DNA of 64,000 nucleotides, from IMG/VR virus record IMGVR_UViG_3300036668_000183, positions 3,511 to 67,510 of that record. One strand, written 5' to 3'. The DNA is from a virus. The position numbers and the translations under genes are program-made. The notes under the pieces were generated by a model. The model was not told the origin of the DNA. It was given only the letters and a program-made list of their open reading frames with translations, and ran no database searches. Positions 7,471 to 15,944 of this stretch are shown one piece after another; the first letter of the stretch is position 1; every line of letters begins with the position of its first letter.

Positions 7471-8070
7471 ATGGACGACGTCGATTGCTGGAACGTGGTA
7501 GATCCTATAGACTTATGGGTAACAGATAAACTCCTTCTCGCCAAGCAATTGGGATACTATTGTGGACCAGCTGGCTTGGTACCTGAAAGAGATGGTGAAT
7601 ATATTGTCAGACCATGTGTCAACTACAGGATGATGAGCAGAGGTGCTGAGATAATGACTCTGGGACCTTCTTATGGTGATATAATCCCCAATGGGTTCTT
7701 TTGGTGTGAGGAGTTCAAAGGCCGCCATATCACATATGATTATCACTTTGGTGTTCAAACACTAGCTGCTGAAGGGTTTCGTAATGACCTTAACAGGCTA
7801 GATAGGTTTTCAAAGTGGGTAAAAGTTGTTGATACCTATTCGCCGCCTAAAGTATTGCTAAATATTGTTATGAAATATGAGTGGATAAACCTGGAAGTTA
7901 TTGACGGTAAGGTAATTGAAGTTCATTTTCGATTTAATGATGACTTCAATAATCACACATCAACAACAATTATCCCTGTTTGGAAAGAACACTACGACAA
8001 AGACTTGCACGGAGGTAAAAACTTTTATCCAAGTGAGTGTGGAGATCGAATAGGATTTTTATTAGAGTGA
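7471..8070 (+). CDS. hypothetical protein, possible ATP-grasp-like fold
   Basis: YIVRP...G, WCEEFKG, INLEVIDGKVIEVHFR resemble ATP-grasp elements. Confidence 0.5.
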   Translation: MDDVDCWNVVDPIDLWVTDKLLLAKQLGYYCGPAGLVPERDGEYIVRPCVNYRMMSRGAEIMTLGPSYGDIIPNGFFWCEEFKGRHITYDYHFGVQTLAAEGFRNDLNRLDRFSKWVKVVDTYSPPKVLLNIVMKYEWINLEVIDGKVIEVHFRFNDDFNNHTSTTIIPVWKEHYDKDLHGGKNFYPSECGDRIGFLLE

Positions 8071-8098
8071 CATTAACTTTATTTGATATAGGACTAAC

Positions 8099-8290
8099 AT
8101 GAATGTAATCAGCAATTACTTTAGTGATGATAGAACAAAACAAGCAATAGTCAATATCCTTGACAGTATTCCTGTAGTTAAGTTTTATCAGGACAATATA
8201 AAATTGGAGACACGAGTGTTGATTGGTCTCACTCTTCAACAGGCTGAGGATATCGCAGTAAACTATATCCAAGGTACCTTTAAAATATAG
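8099..8290 (+). CDS. hypothetical protein
   Basis: AGGA RBS; ORF track. Confidence 0.55.
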   Translation: MNVISNYFSDDRTKQAIVNILDSIPVVKFYQDNIKLETRVLIGLTLQQAEDIAVNYIQGTFKI

Positions 8291-8301
8291 TAGTGGAGGT
8301 T

Positions 8302-8619
8302 ATGATGAAACCATTTTTAACAGCATTAGCTATCTTAGTGTCGCCTTTGGTATATGCTGATGATAGTAAAGTTGAAGTTGTAAACATGCCAATATACTGT
8401 GTTACAGATAAGAAACTATCTGATACAGTTATAGAGTTTAAAGAGATTCCTGTTGCAGAAGGAATTAGTTTGAGAAAAATTGATGGTAAGGAATATAAAA
8501 GTCCGTTAGTGATCCTTATAAACAAAGACAATTCTAGTTATACAATTGCTGAAAAGGTATCAGAAACCCACTTCTGTATCATTGCTATGGGTGAGAACTT
8601 TCGGCCAGTTGCTAGGTAG
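8302..8619 (+). CDS. hypothetical exported protein
   Basis: GGAGG RBS; signal-peptide-like MMKPFLTALAILVSPLVYA. Confidence 0.65.
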   Translation: MMKPFLTALAILVSPLVYADDSKVEVVNMPIYCVTDKKLSDTVIEFKEIPVAEGISLRKIDGKEYKSPLVILINKDNSSYTIAEKVSETHFCIIAMGENFRPVAR

Positions 8620-8620
8620 T

Positions 8621-8956
8621 ATGAAAGGTTATGATCGTATGAAGTTAATCCAAAGGTGCTCTGGACAGGGTATTGTAACAGGTATTGTCGGAACAATCGT
8701 TGCTCAGCAAATCTTTCGTCCACCTGTTGTAGTGGTTCCTCAGGGAGTGCCCATGCAACCAGGATACGCTCCAGGATATGCTCCTCAAGGAGTGCCTATG
8801 CAACCAGGATACGCTCCAGGATATGCCCCACCTATGGTTCCTTATTATCCGGGTACCGTGTATCCAGATTTCGTTTACCGTCCAATGTTTCGAGACGTCG
8901 ATGTGTGGATTCCAGAGTGTCAATGCTACCGGACAATGCGCGTTCAAATAAGGTAA
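8621..8956 (+). CDS. Pro/Tyr-rich hypothetical protein
   Basis: Hydrophobic GIVTGIVGTIVA, PGYA repeats, CxC C-terminus; start uncertain. Confidence 0.55.
   Translation: MKGYDRMKLIQRCSGQGIVTGIVGTIVAQQIFRPPVVVVPQGVPMQPGYAPGYAPQGVPMQPGYAPGYAPPMVPYYPGTVYPDFVYRPMFRDVDVWIPECQCYRTMRVQIR
8738..8827 (+). repeat. 45-bp tandem duplication (PQGVPMQPGYAPGYA x2)
   Basis: 8738-8782 and 8783-8827 differ only at synonymous sites. Confidence 0.9.
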
Positions 8957-8962
8957 GGATTT

Positions 8963-9037
8963 GCGCCCATCGTATAATGGATAATACAGGGGATTTCTAC
9001 TCCCTAAATGTGGGTTCAATTCCTGCTGGGCGTACCA
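8963..9037 (+). tRNA. tRNA-Arg(TCT)
   Basis: Cloverleaf, TT-TCT-AC loop, CCA. Confidence 0.92.
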
Positions 9038-9072
9038 ACATCAAATTTTATAAACCAAAAGGATAATACACT

Positions 9073-9546
9073 ATGAAGAATTGGGAAGACTATGTAGGGC
9101 TTCAACCGTCTAAGGCATTTGAATCAGATAAACATATTATTTTTTACTTGAGTTGCGAACAAAAAGTTTCAGAAGAAGATGGCAAAGAATACCCAATAAT
9201 TTCTGTAAAAAGATTTATGTTAGAGCATGAATTATTTGAGTTTAACAAAAAAGAAGTTGGTGATATTGTTGAGTCTGTAATTCGTAAATCCTTTCCTTTA
9301 TTTAAGCCTGAAGTAGAAGGAGGTCTTTTAGAAGATATTAAAAGACATGCATCGTATGAGGTACAGAAAAACACAAGGATAGGAGGAGCCAATACCGAGT
9401 TTGAAGATTATGTAATGTATGTTGGTCCTACTATTTATGATCGTCCAATATTTGTTGGAGAACTGAAAGGCATGTATGCTGTCATGCCTCACCCTGAAAT
9501 TGAAAAGTATGGTTACCGAGTATGCGAATCGGTATCTTCTGATTAA
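9073..9546 (+). CDS. hypothetical protein
   Basis: AAGGA RBS; ORF lying between two tRNAs. Confidence 0.65.
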   Translation: MKNWEDYVGLQPSKAFESDKHIIFYLSCEQKVSEEDGKEYPIISVKRFMLEHELFEFNKKEVGDIVESVIRKSFPLFKPEVEGGLLEDIKRHASYEVQKNTRIGGANTEFEDYVMYVGPTIYDRPIFVGELKGMYAVMPHPEIEKYGYRVCESVSSD

Positions 9547-9557
9547 TCATAAGGAAT

Positions 9558-9635
9558 GTGTGGATGCCCGAGTGGCCAAAGGGAACAGTCTGCAAAACTG
9601 TAAAGTCGTGAGTTCGAATCTCACTCCACACTCCA
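9558..9635 (+). tRNA. tRNA-Cys(GCA)
   Basis: GTGTGGA/TCCACAC acceptor, ACAGT-CT-GCA-AA-ACTGT, U discriminator, CCA. Confidence 0.92.
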
Positions 9636-9641
9636 CATAGT

Positions 9642-9818
9642 AAATATATCATCGAGAGTCCGAGGGCGAAATACTTAACCAGTAGCTTGACTGTCTAAAG
9701 TTGGTACGCGCCTGGTAACTTTGTTTAAAATCGATCTGTGGTGGATCATAAAGTTACTCAGGCTCCTTTAAGTTATATGAGGATTAAACGGGTTGACAGT
9801 ACTTTCGATGATATATTT
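9642..9818 (+). ncRNA. putative structured RNA 4 (homolog of 5153-5326)
   Basis: 18-bp closing stem 9642-9659/9801-9818 (one G-U), long internal hairpin, shared AAGTTATATG loop. Confidence 0.7.
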
Positions 9819-9838
9819 TTACGCTAATAGGGACTTTC

Positions 9839-10270
9839 ATGAAATTTTAAATCGATACCGAGTTCAATGATTTTAGAGGGGAATTGATTTCCATGGCATT
9901 GGTAGCAGAGGATGGCACCGAGTTCTATGAAGTACTTGAATGTACTGATCCTACTGAATGGGTCGCGACAAATGTTATGCCAATTCTTGAAAAAAGTCCA
10001 ATCAGTAAAGATCAATTTCAATTAAAGTTGCAAGACTTTTTAAATGAGTTTGATTCTATTCATATCATCGCAGATTACCCAGATGACATAAAGTATTTTT
10101 GTGAGTCCTTGATTCTAGACGCTGGCTTGTCTATGCACTACCCCAAACTCACAATGGCAATACGTCCTGAACTATCTTCTAGGGGTAGCAAAGTACTTCA
10201 CAACGCTCTTCATGACGCTAGAGCAATTCTGATGGATGACTTAGAACAGACCTATCCTGATAAAAAGTGA
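9839..10270 (+). pseudogene. DEDDh 3'-5' exonuclease interrupted by in-frame TAA at codon 4
   Basis: ATG AAA TTT TAA ATC GAT ACC GAG TTC = MKF*IDTEF in frame with ORF 9884..10270 ending HNALHDA. Confidence 0.75.
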
Positions 10271-10308
10271 TTGGTGTGATAATTTTTTACATCGATACTG
10301 AGTTTAAA

Positions 10309-11904
10309 TTAAGATATTATTAGGTGTGGTGCAGCCTGAAATTCCGATGCAATCTTTTTTGGATCTGCCTTACCTAGTTTGTTAGTTATTATATTTTTCA
10401 TTTTGTCATAATCGGTTTCATCAAAGTATATGTGTGACAACTTGGTAATCAACCCAAAAACTGTAATAAACAACTTTCTTTTAAAGTGAAGTTGAAAAGA
10501 CTCCCCACCATGTATAAAAAAGAAACAAATTTGTGCATGATCATAGTGGGCGCTAAGAACTGCAATACGAGTCGACTCGTATTTTTTAGAGTATCCCCTA
10601 ACCTCATCTACGACTAGCATTCTGTAGGTGTCATAAAAGTTTTCTGATTCTAATCCACTTATTTTCTGAAACTTATTAAAAAAGTTTATGATCTTTATGT
10701 TCTTTTTCTTTTTATAAAGAATGTCTCGACTTTCTGTAAGCGCCCCAGCAGAGACGTAAGAAGTGGAGCATTCCTTAAATGCTTCTGGGTCTAATACTTT
10801 TAGTCGATCACACACCTCTTCAAACTTAGCTCTTCTAAGCTTTCCTAATTTTACCGACATCGAATTATACATTTGATACTTTCGGCAAATCTCTTCAAAA
10901 ACACCACTAGAAACACCACCTACCCATTGAGTATCTTTTAAATGCTTTGTAGAAGCCGCAAATTGACCATTCCACCCAGCCCCATATCCTTGTGCATACA
11001 ATAAAAAATTTAGATCATATTTCATCATAGGTGTTTGACTCTTTGAGCTTCTTAACTTTGAATACCTAAACTTAACTGGCAATTCCCAATTTAATTTTTC
11101 AAAGGTTATAAAGGATTTAAAGTCAATATCAATGACAGTATCAATATACCGTTTAGTGTGTTGAGGTTCATCAAGGATTAATGCCAAGAATTTTATGAAT
11201 GGATCAATGTCTGGAAGAATTTCACCCCTTAACTTTATGTCTACTATTTTTATGTTTGGGATTGCAGAAATAGTAGTCGGCAATTTTAAAGAAATTGGTA
11301 TAAGATCCCTAGGCTCAAAATACTTTCGTATGATGTTAGCATAACTATTTGACTGTGGAGAATTTGATAAAGAGTTGTTTAGAATTGATTCTGGGTCAGT
11401 GACATATTTTTTTAAGTCCGAAGTGATTGCACCTATCTTACTTTTTTTAACGGCCATAATATCGACCGAAGAAAGAATGTCTATCTTATATGACAGATCA
11501 AAGGCTTTTTTTATGTTAGTAAGGGAAATGTCTTTTACGAGTAATACGAATGGGTCATTTTGGTCAAGAAATTTATAATCTTTTAAAGAACCTTTAAAAA
11601 CCTTTTTTTCTACACATGCCTTAGCGACCCTATAGACTTTTTTTGCTGTGGTGTGATATGATTCTTTTTTAGTCTTTTCTGTTAGGGTCACTTTAAATTC
11701 TTTCTTTACACCATTTAAAGGAAACCCTGCAGATAAGTATTTTCTTCGGTACTCTTGAACGTTGGTTGTCCCCATGAATAAACGATAAAACCCTATTGCA
11801 TGTTCGCTCTCTTCCATGCCAACTTTTTCGGTGTAGTTTGGATTTTCTGCAAAATATGCAAATGCCAAACACTGTGCAAGTTCTTTATAGTCCGCCTTAG
11901 CCAT
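10309..11904 (-). CDS. late-expressed 531-aa protein, possible PD-(D/E)XK nuclease-like
   Basis: Start moved to ATG 11904 (AGGA RBS, TATAAATA upstream); E...SVDIMAV...LIPISLK pattern. Confidence 0.55.
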   Translation of the reverse strand: MAKADYKELAQCLAFAYFAENPNYTEKVGMEESEHAIGFYRLFMGTTNVQEYRRKYLSAGFPLNGVKKEFKVTLTEKTKKESYHTTAKKVYRVAKACVEKKVFKGSLKDYKFLDQNDPFVLLVKDISLTNIKKAFDLSYKIDILSSVDIMAVKKSKIGAITSDLKKYVTDPESILNNSLSNSPQSNSYANIIRKYFEPRDLIPISLKLPTTISAIPNIKIVDIKLRGEILPDIDPFIKFLALILDEPQHTKRYIDTVIDIDFKSFITFEKLNWELPVKFRYSKLRSSKSQTPMMKYDLNFLLYAQGYGAGWNGQFAASTKHLKDTQWVGGVSSGVFEEICRKYQMYNSMSVKLGKLRRAKFEEVCDRLKVLDPEAFKECSTSYVSAGALTESRDILYKKKKNIKIINFFNKFQKISGLESENFYDTYRMLVVDEVRGYSKKYESTRIAVLSAHYDHAQICFFFIHGGESFQLHFKRKLFITVFGLITKLSHIYFDETDYDKMKNIITNKLGKADPKKIASEFQAAPHLIIS

Positions 11905-11942
11905 GGTAAAATTCCTGTAATAATTTAGTATTTTTATATTAG

Positions 11943-11950
11943 TATTTATA
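11943..11950 (-). promoter_or_regulatory. T4-type late promoter TATAAATA
   Basis: Exact consensus ~40 nt upstream of ATG 11904. Confidence 0.75.
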
Positions 11951-12033
11951 TATATAAATTGTGTCACCATGAAAAGCCAAAGTCGTGTATAATTAGATCT
12001 GTTGTCTAATTTTAAAGCCTGAGGAAATAGTCT

Positions 12034-12168
12034 ATGAACATTGTACGAGAAATGCATGAAAGTGGTCTTTCAAAATCCGATATCGTATGGGAAGTGTTGG
12101 GTGCACTCAGTGTTTTTGCCTTACCCATTATTGTGTTGTTTGTTGGTAGTTATCTAGGTTTAAAGTAA
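12034..12168 (+). CDS. small membrane protein (44 aa)
   Basis: GAGGA RBS; hydrophobic VLGALSVFALPIIVLFVGSYLGL. Confidence 0.6.
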   Translation: MNIVREMHESGLSKSDIVWEVLGALSVFALPIIVLFVGSYLGLK

Positions 12169-12177
12169 AACCGAATT

Positions 12178-12253
12178 GCTCCTATAGCTCAGTGGTTAGA
12201 GCAGGGCACTCATAATGCCTTGGTCACTGGTTCGAATCCAGTTGGGAGTACCA
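12178..12253 (+). tRNA. tRNA(CAT), most likely Ile2 (lysidine) type
   Basis: CT-CAT-AA loop; C4-G69/C5-G68 pairs and D/T arms resemble bacterial tRNA-Ile2; lacks initiator hallmarks. Confidence 0.85.
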
Positions 12254-12272
12254 AAAATAAAATGACCTGCTA

Positions 12273-12280
12273 TATAAATA
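12273..12280 (+). promoter_or_regulatory. T4-type late promoter TATAAATA
   Basis: Exact consensus upstream of AAGGAG-ATG 12304. Confidence 0.7.
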
Positions 12281-12303
12281 TAGTTAAACATAAGGAGCAG
12301 GTA

Positions 12304-12699
12304 ATGTTAAATGAATTAACTCAGTTAGGACTATTACTCGCAGTGGCATATGCCATCTTTAAGTCAGGCGAAGCCTATACTCTTTGGAGAATTCAAAGAG
12401 ACATCGCGGCTTTGGAAAGTGGTGAATTAGTATATGAGGAAGAAGAGGAAGAAGACGATTCCGTAAGTGTTGAATCAATGACAATAAAAAAAGTCGATAA
12501 TGTTTTTTATGCCTATGGAACCAATGATAGATTTTTGTGTCAAGAATCTGATTTGTCAGGGTTGTTCATGAGCATAAAGGATTCTTTCCCTAAGACAATC
12601 TGGTTGATCAATGAAGCCAAGTATACGACTTTAACATCCGAAGAGCAAGAATCAATTTTACCTACATTGTCAAACATTTTTTCTAACACCAAAGAGTGA
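12304..12699 (+). CDS. hypothetical membrane-anchored protein
   Basis: Start at ATG 12304 (AAGGAG); N-terminal hydrophobic helix; acidic tract. Confidence 0.65.
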   Translation: MLNELTQLGLLLAVAYAIFKSGEAYTLWRIQRDIAALESGELVYEEEEEEDDSVSVESMTIKKVDNVFYAYGTNDRFLCQESDLSGLFMSIKDSFPKTIWLINEAKYTTLTSEEQESILPTLSNIFSNTKE

Positions 12700-12704
12700 C
12701 CGCA

Positions 12705-12956
12705 ATGAGCGAACCTGATGAAAACTTTTTCGATTTCGGATTTACGGTAGTCAGTGAAGACGAGCTAGAATCTATTCAAGTGGCAGACGCGACAGTAGCC
12801 GACATTTACACAAGAATGAATCAACTCTATGACGCGATCATGCCTTTACTCAAGAACCTAAAACAAAACTCGGACAAGGACTACATTTACTGGCCTAACC
12901 GAGTCGAGAAGGTCGAACTGTTTGAAAAGAAAATAAAAAGTATCATGCACCCTTAA
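12705..12956 (+). CDS. conserved T4-like hypothetical protein
   Basis: FDFGFTVVSEDEL...PLLKNLK...KDYIYWPNR. Confidence 0.7.
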   Translation: MSEPDENFFDFGFTVVSEDELESIQVADATVADIYTRMNQLYDAIMPLLKNLKQNSDKDYIYWPNRVEKVELFEKKIKSIMHP

Positions 12957-13170
12957 TGTCAGGGATCAAAATACATTTACCTACTAATAAAGTAAATTCA
13001 TTTTTTTCGTTCAGATCAGGAATAAGTTCTTCGATAAGATTATTTTTACCAATTTCACATTCGGCTTCGGTATCAAAATATAGTATGGGGTCGGGCTCAA
13101 CCTCGATGCATTGATAGTTAAGTGAAGACAGACATAAGATAAGACCAATAATAAACATTTTACGTGACAT
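12943..13170 (-). CDS. small exported hypothetical protein
   Basis: AAGG RBS; LILCL...C...FDTEAEC...KC pattern. Confidence 0.55.
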   Translation of the reverse strand: MSRKMFIIGLILCLSSLNYQCIEVEPDPILYFDTEAECEIGKNNLIEELIPDLNEKNEFTLLVGKCILIPDIKGA

Positions 13171-13230
13171 CCTTTTTAAGTTTGTGGTACCATAGTGTAC
13201 CTAAAATTATATATAATAGGAATTTTTACA

Positions 13231-13899
13231 ATGATCAAAAATGAACTAGGTGAAGTAAAAGACTTCAAATTCAGTAGTGGTATGGTAGGCAACACGTTCA
13301 ATTCTCATGTGAACGAACAGTTGCCCTTCTATGAATTAGTGACCCGAGTTACCTCTTCTATCATCCGAAACTACCTACCTAAGGATGGTGTACTGTATGA
13401 CATTGGGGCATCTACGGGTAATGTGACTAGGTCGGTTGCAGACATCGGAGCATCAAGAAATGCTAGATTCATCTCTATAGAATCAAGTGAAGAGATGGGG
13501 AAAACTTGGGATGGGTATGGTGAATTGCACATAGAGGACGCAGTACACTATAATTACGAAAAGTTTGATGTTGCCGTATGTTTTCTGGTGATTATGTTCA
13601 TGACCATAGAAGAGCGTAAAATATTTATCGACAAGTTGAAGAAAAAGATGAATAGAGGTGGTATCATTATTATTGTAGACAAGGTACTTGCCGATGGCGG
13701 GTATTTTGGTACGGTGTTGCGTAGATTAACGTTCGATTGGAAACTTAAGAACGGGGCATCGCCTCAGGACATCATTAAAAAAGAGTTAAGTCTTTCTGGT
13801 GTACAAAGACCTATGTATCGAAGTGAGTTAGAGGGATCAAAAGAATTTTTTAGACTTGGTGAATTTATTGGGGTGGTGATTGAAAATGAGGTATCTTAG
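13231..13899 (+). CDS. cmoA: CmoA-like carboxy-SAM synthase / class I SAM-binding protein
   Basis: DFKF...F..HV..QLPFY, YDIGASTG, IMF...ER, RGG...VDK, WKLKNGAS..DI..K..SL parallel E. coli CmoA (DWTF, PGY, YDLGCSLG, LQF, PGG..SEK, FKRANGYS..EI..K). Confidence 0.75.
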   Translation: MIKNELGEVKDFKFSSGMVGNTFNSHVNEQLPFYELVTRVTSSIIRNYLPKDGVLYDIGASTGNVTRSVADIGASRNARFISIESSEEMGKTWDGYGELHIEDAVHYNYEKFDVAVCFLVIMFMTIEERKIFIDKLKKKMNRGGIIIIVDKVLADGGYFGTVLRRLTFDWKLKNGASPQDIIKKELSLSGVQRPMYRSELEGSKEFFRLGEFIGVVIENEVS

Positions 13900-15106
13900 T
13901 TTATTTAGTGGTATCGAGGCAGTTTCTGTTGCATGGGAACCTTTTGGGTTCGAGTGCGCGGGGGTCGCAGAGATTTTGCCCTTTCAGTCTTCTATATTGG
14001 CGGAAAGGTTTCCTAATATAAAAAATTTAGGTGATGTTACCAAGATAGATGAAGAGGTCGTCAAGTCTTTGGGACAGATTGATATTGTGGTGTTCGGTTC
14101 ACCGTGTCAAGATTTGAGTGTCTCTGGTAAACGGGGTGGACTGAATATGGATAAGGAGGACACTAACCATTCGTCAAAGTTATTCTTTGAGGGTGTTAGG
14201 GTTTTTAGATTAGCACAAAAGCATTGTGGTGCTAGGTTTATGCTATGGGAAAATGTCCCAGGCGCATTGTCGAGTATGGAGGGTAGAGATTTTGGAACAG
14301 TTCTTGAAACATTGGTTGGGGTCAAATTCGGTGGGGGAAAACTTGTTTGGGGAAATGATGGTGTTGTATGCTCAGACAATTCCCTGTGCGAATGGGCAGT
14401 GTTGGACGCTCAGTGGTTCGGAGTCCCGCAACGGAGGCGTCGAGTCTTCGCTTTACTCGATACTGGAGACTGGCGAAATAGAAGACCGATACTTCTTGAA
14501 GCCGAGCACCTGCGAAAAGTTATTGGAAAGGATGGAAATCCGAAACAAAAAAATTCCACCAAACCTAAAGATAGTTCTGGAGAAAGTAGCGTCTTCGAAA
14601 TGCACATGATGGACTTTAGAATTAAGCCCGTTAAAATTTCACCTACGATGACGAGTAAGTGGGGTGCAGGGAGTGCTCCATTAAAAATTGAAACGTTTGA
14701 TCGTCAAGGTATGAATGAGTGGTCAGATAATAGTGTGGCTTTGACCATTATCGCTAGAGATTATAAATCTGCCACCGATCTAGTGAGTTATTCGATTGTT
14801 GAAAACGTGATTGATCGTCAACATCATAATGGTGGTAATGGAATTGGTATAAATGAAAATGTTTCTTTTACTCTTAATGCAACAGGGGTTCATGCGGTGT
14901 CTAAGGATTATCAAGTTCGTAGATTAACACCAGTTGAATGTGAGAGGCTTCAGGGGTTCCCTGATGGTTGGACTAATGTAAACAATGCCCTTCCATCTAA
15001 AAGATATAATTGTCTCGGAAGATCTATGGCAGTTCCTGTTATGTCGTGGATAGGAAAACAGTTGTTGAAGGTTGAAAATTTCGAATCAAAACCTAAAAAT
15101 GTATAA
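13886..15106 (+). CDS. C5 DNA cytosine methyltransferase family, predicted carboxymethyltransferase
   Basis: Motifs I FSGIE, IV GSPCQ, VI ENV, VIII QRRRR, IX RRLTPVECERLQGFP, X GRS (canonical GNS). Confidence 0.85.
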   Translation: MRYLSLFSGIEAVSVAWEPFGFECAGVAEILPFQSSILAERFPNIKNLGDVTKIDEEVVKSLGQIDIVVFGSPCQDLSVSGKRGGLNMDKEDTNHSSKLFFEGVRVFRLAQKHCGARFMLWENVPGALSSMEGRDFGTVLETLVGVKFGGGKLVWGNDGVVCSDNSLCEWAVLDAQWFGVPQRRRRVFALLDTGDWRNRRPILLEAEHLRKVIGKDGNPKQKNSTKPKDSSGESSVFEMHMMDFRIKPVKISPTMTSKWGAGSAPLKIETFDRQGMNEWSDNSVALTIIARDYKSATDLVSYSIVENVIDRQHHNGGNGIGINENVSFTLNATGVHAVSKDYQVRRLTPVECERLQGFPDGWTNVNNALPSKRYNCLGRSMAVPVMSWIGKQLLKVENFESKPKNV

Positions 15107-15109
15107 ATA
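15102..15109 (+). promoter_or_regulatory. T4-type late promoter TATAAATA
   Basis: Exact consensus upstream of ATG 15146. Confidence 0.7.
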
Positions 15110-15145
15110 GTATAAAGATTATTTTATTAAGGGACTATTACCATA

Positions 15146-15940
15146 ATGATTACAGAAGACTTAGCAGATATATTCGCCCCACTAGATGAGGGCAATGAAT
15201 TACAACAAAAGGTCAACAAACACATCTCAAAGGGTGTTAGTGTTGGAGCGGTGTCACCAGAAGGGAAACATACAAATACGCCCGAAAAGATGAAGGCGGC
15301 TCATGCTAAAATTAAAACCGATCTTGAAGCCTCAAGAAAATCTGGTCATATTGGTGGTTGGTCTGGGCCTCATAAGGGACAGTATCGCTATGGTGGCGAA
15401 CATGAGGTGTCGCACGAAGGTTCATATCTAGTTCATGCGAAATCGGCAGACAAAAAGCATCATGGCAATATGTTAGGTGCACTTAAGAAAGTTGGTAATG
15501 TACACAAGCAAGAAACTATTCTTAGTGTTCGTGGAAACCGTGGTAATGCAAGTGATAAAAATGCACATTGGCATCACCTAAATAATTCCAAAACAAAAGG
15601 GCAGAAAGAGGATAAAGGTAAATTGAAGTATAATCAGCCTTTAGCACAAGATACAGGGAGAACCCAAATGAAAGGTAGCACACAGTCATTTACTTCAAAA
15701 AAAGAAGGGTACAGTGATTTTAATAACCTGATCGACAGCGTTCAGAATTATTGTGGTACTGATAACTTGATTACACAAAAACAGTTTGAAGAGGTTTATG
15801 GTGAGGCTCGTGAATTTTTTGTAGAAAAATACGGACAACCAGAACGAAGCTTTACATCGGTGTTTTCTTTTGGTCAGAAGTGTCGTAAAGAATTGACCGA
15901 AGCTTTGAACAACGCTGGTGTTCTGGTAGAAAGAGTTTAA
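15146..15940 (+). CDS. late His/Lys-rich hypothetical protein, possible internal head protein
   Basis: Late promoter; acidic leader MITE...LDE followed by a basic His-rich body. Confidence 0.6.
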   Translation: MITEDLADIFAPLDEGNELQQKVNKHISKGVSVGAVSPEGKHTNTPEKMKAAHAKIKTDLEASRKSGHIGGWSGPHKGQYRYGGEHEVSHEGSYLVHAKSADKKHHGNMLGALKKVGNVHKQETILSVRGNRGNASDKNAHWHHLNNSKTKGQKEDKGKLKYNQPLAQDTGRTQMKGSTQSFTSKKEGYSDFNNLIDSVQNYCGTDNLITQKQFEEVYGEAREFFVEKYGQPERSFTSVFSFGQKCRKELTEALNNAGVLVERV

Positions 15941-15944
15941 AGAA

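Noticed and set aside
9848-9850. Stop-codon reassignment suggested by the in-frame TAA
   Set aside because: TAA, TAG and TGA all terminate well-conserved genes here, long ORFs are intact in the standard code, and no suppressor tRNA was seen
11905-12057. 51-aa N-terminal extension of the 582-aa track ORF
   Set aside because: Spans promoters and an opposite-strand ORF; RBS and late promoter point to ATG 11904
12178-12253. Initiator tRNA-fMet
   Set aside because: Lacks the C1:A72 mismatch and three consecutive G-C anticodon-stem pairs; features fit Ile2
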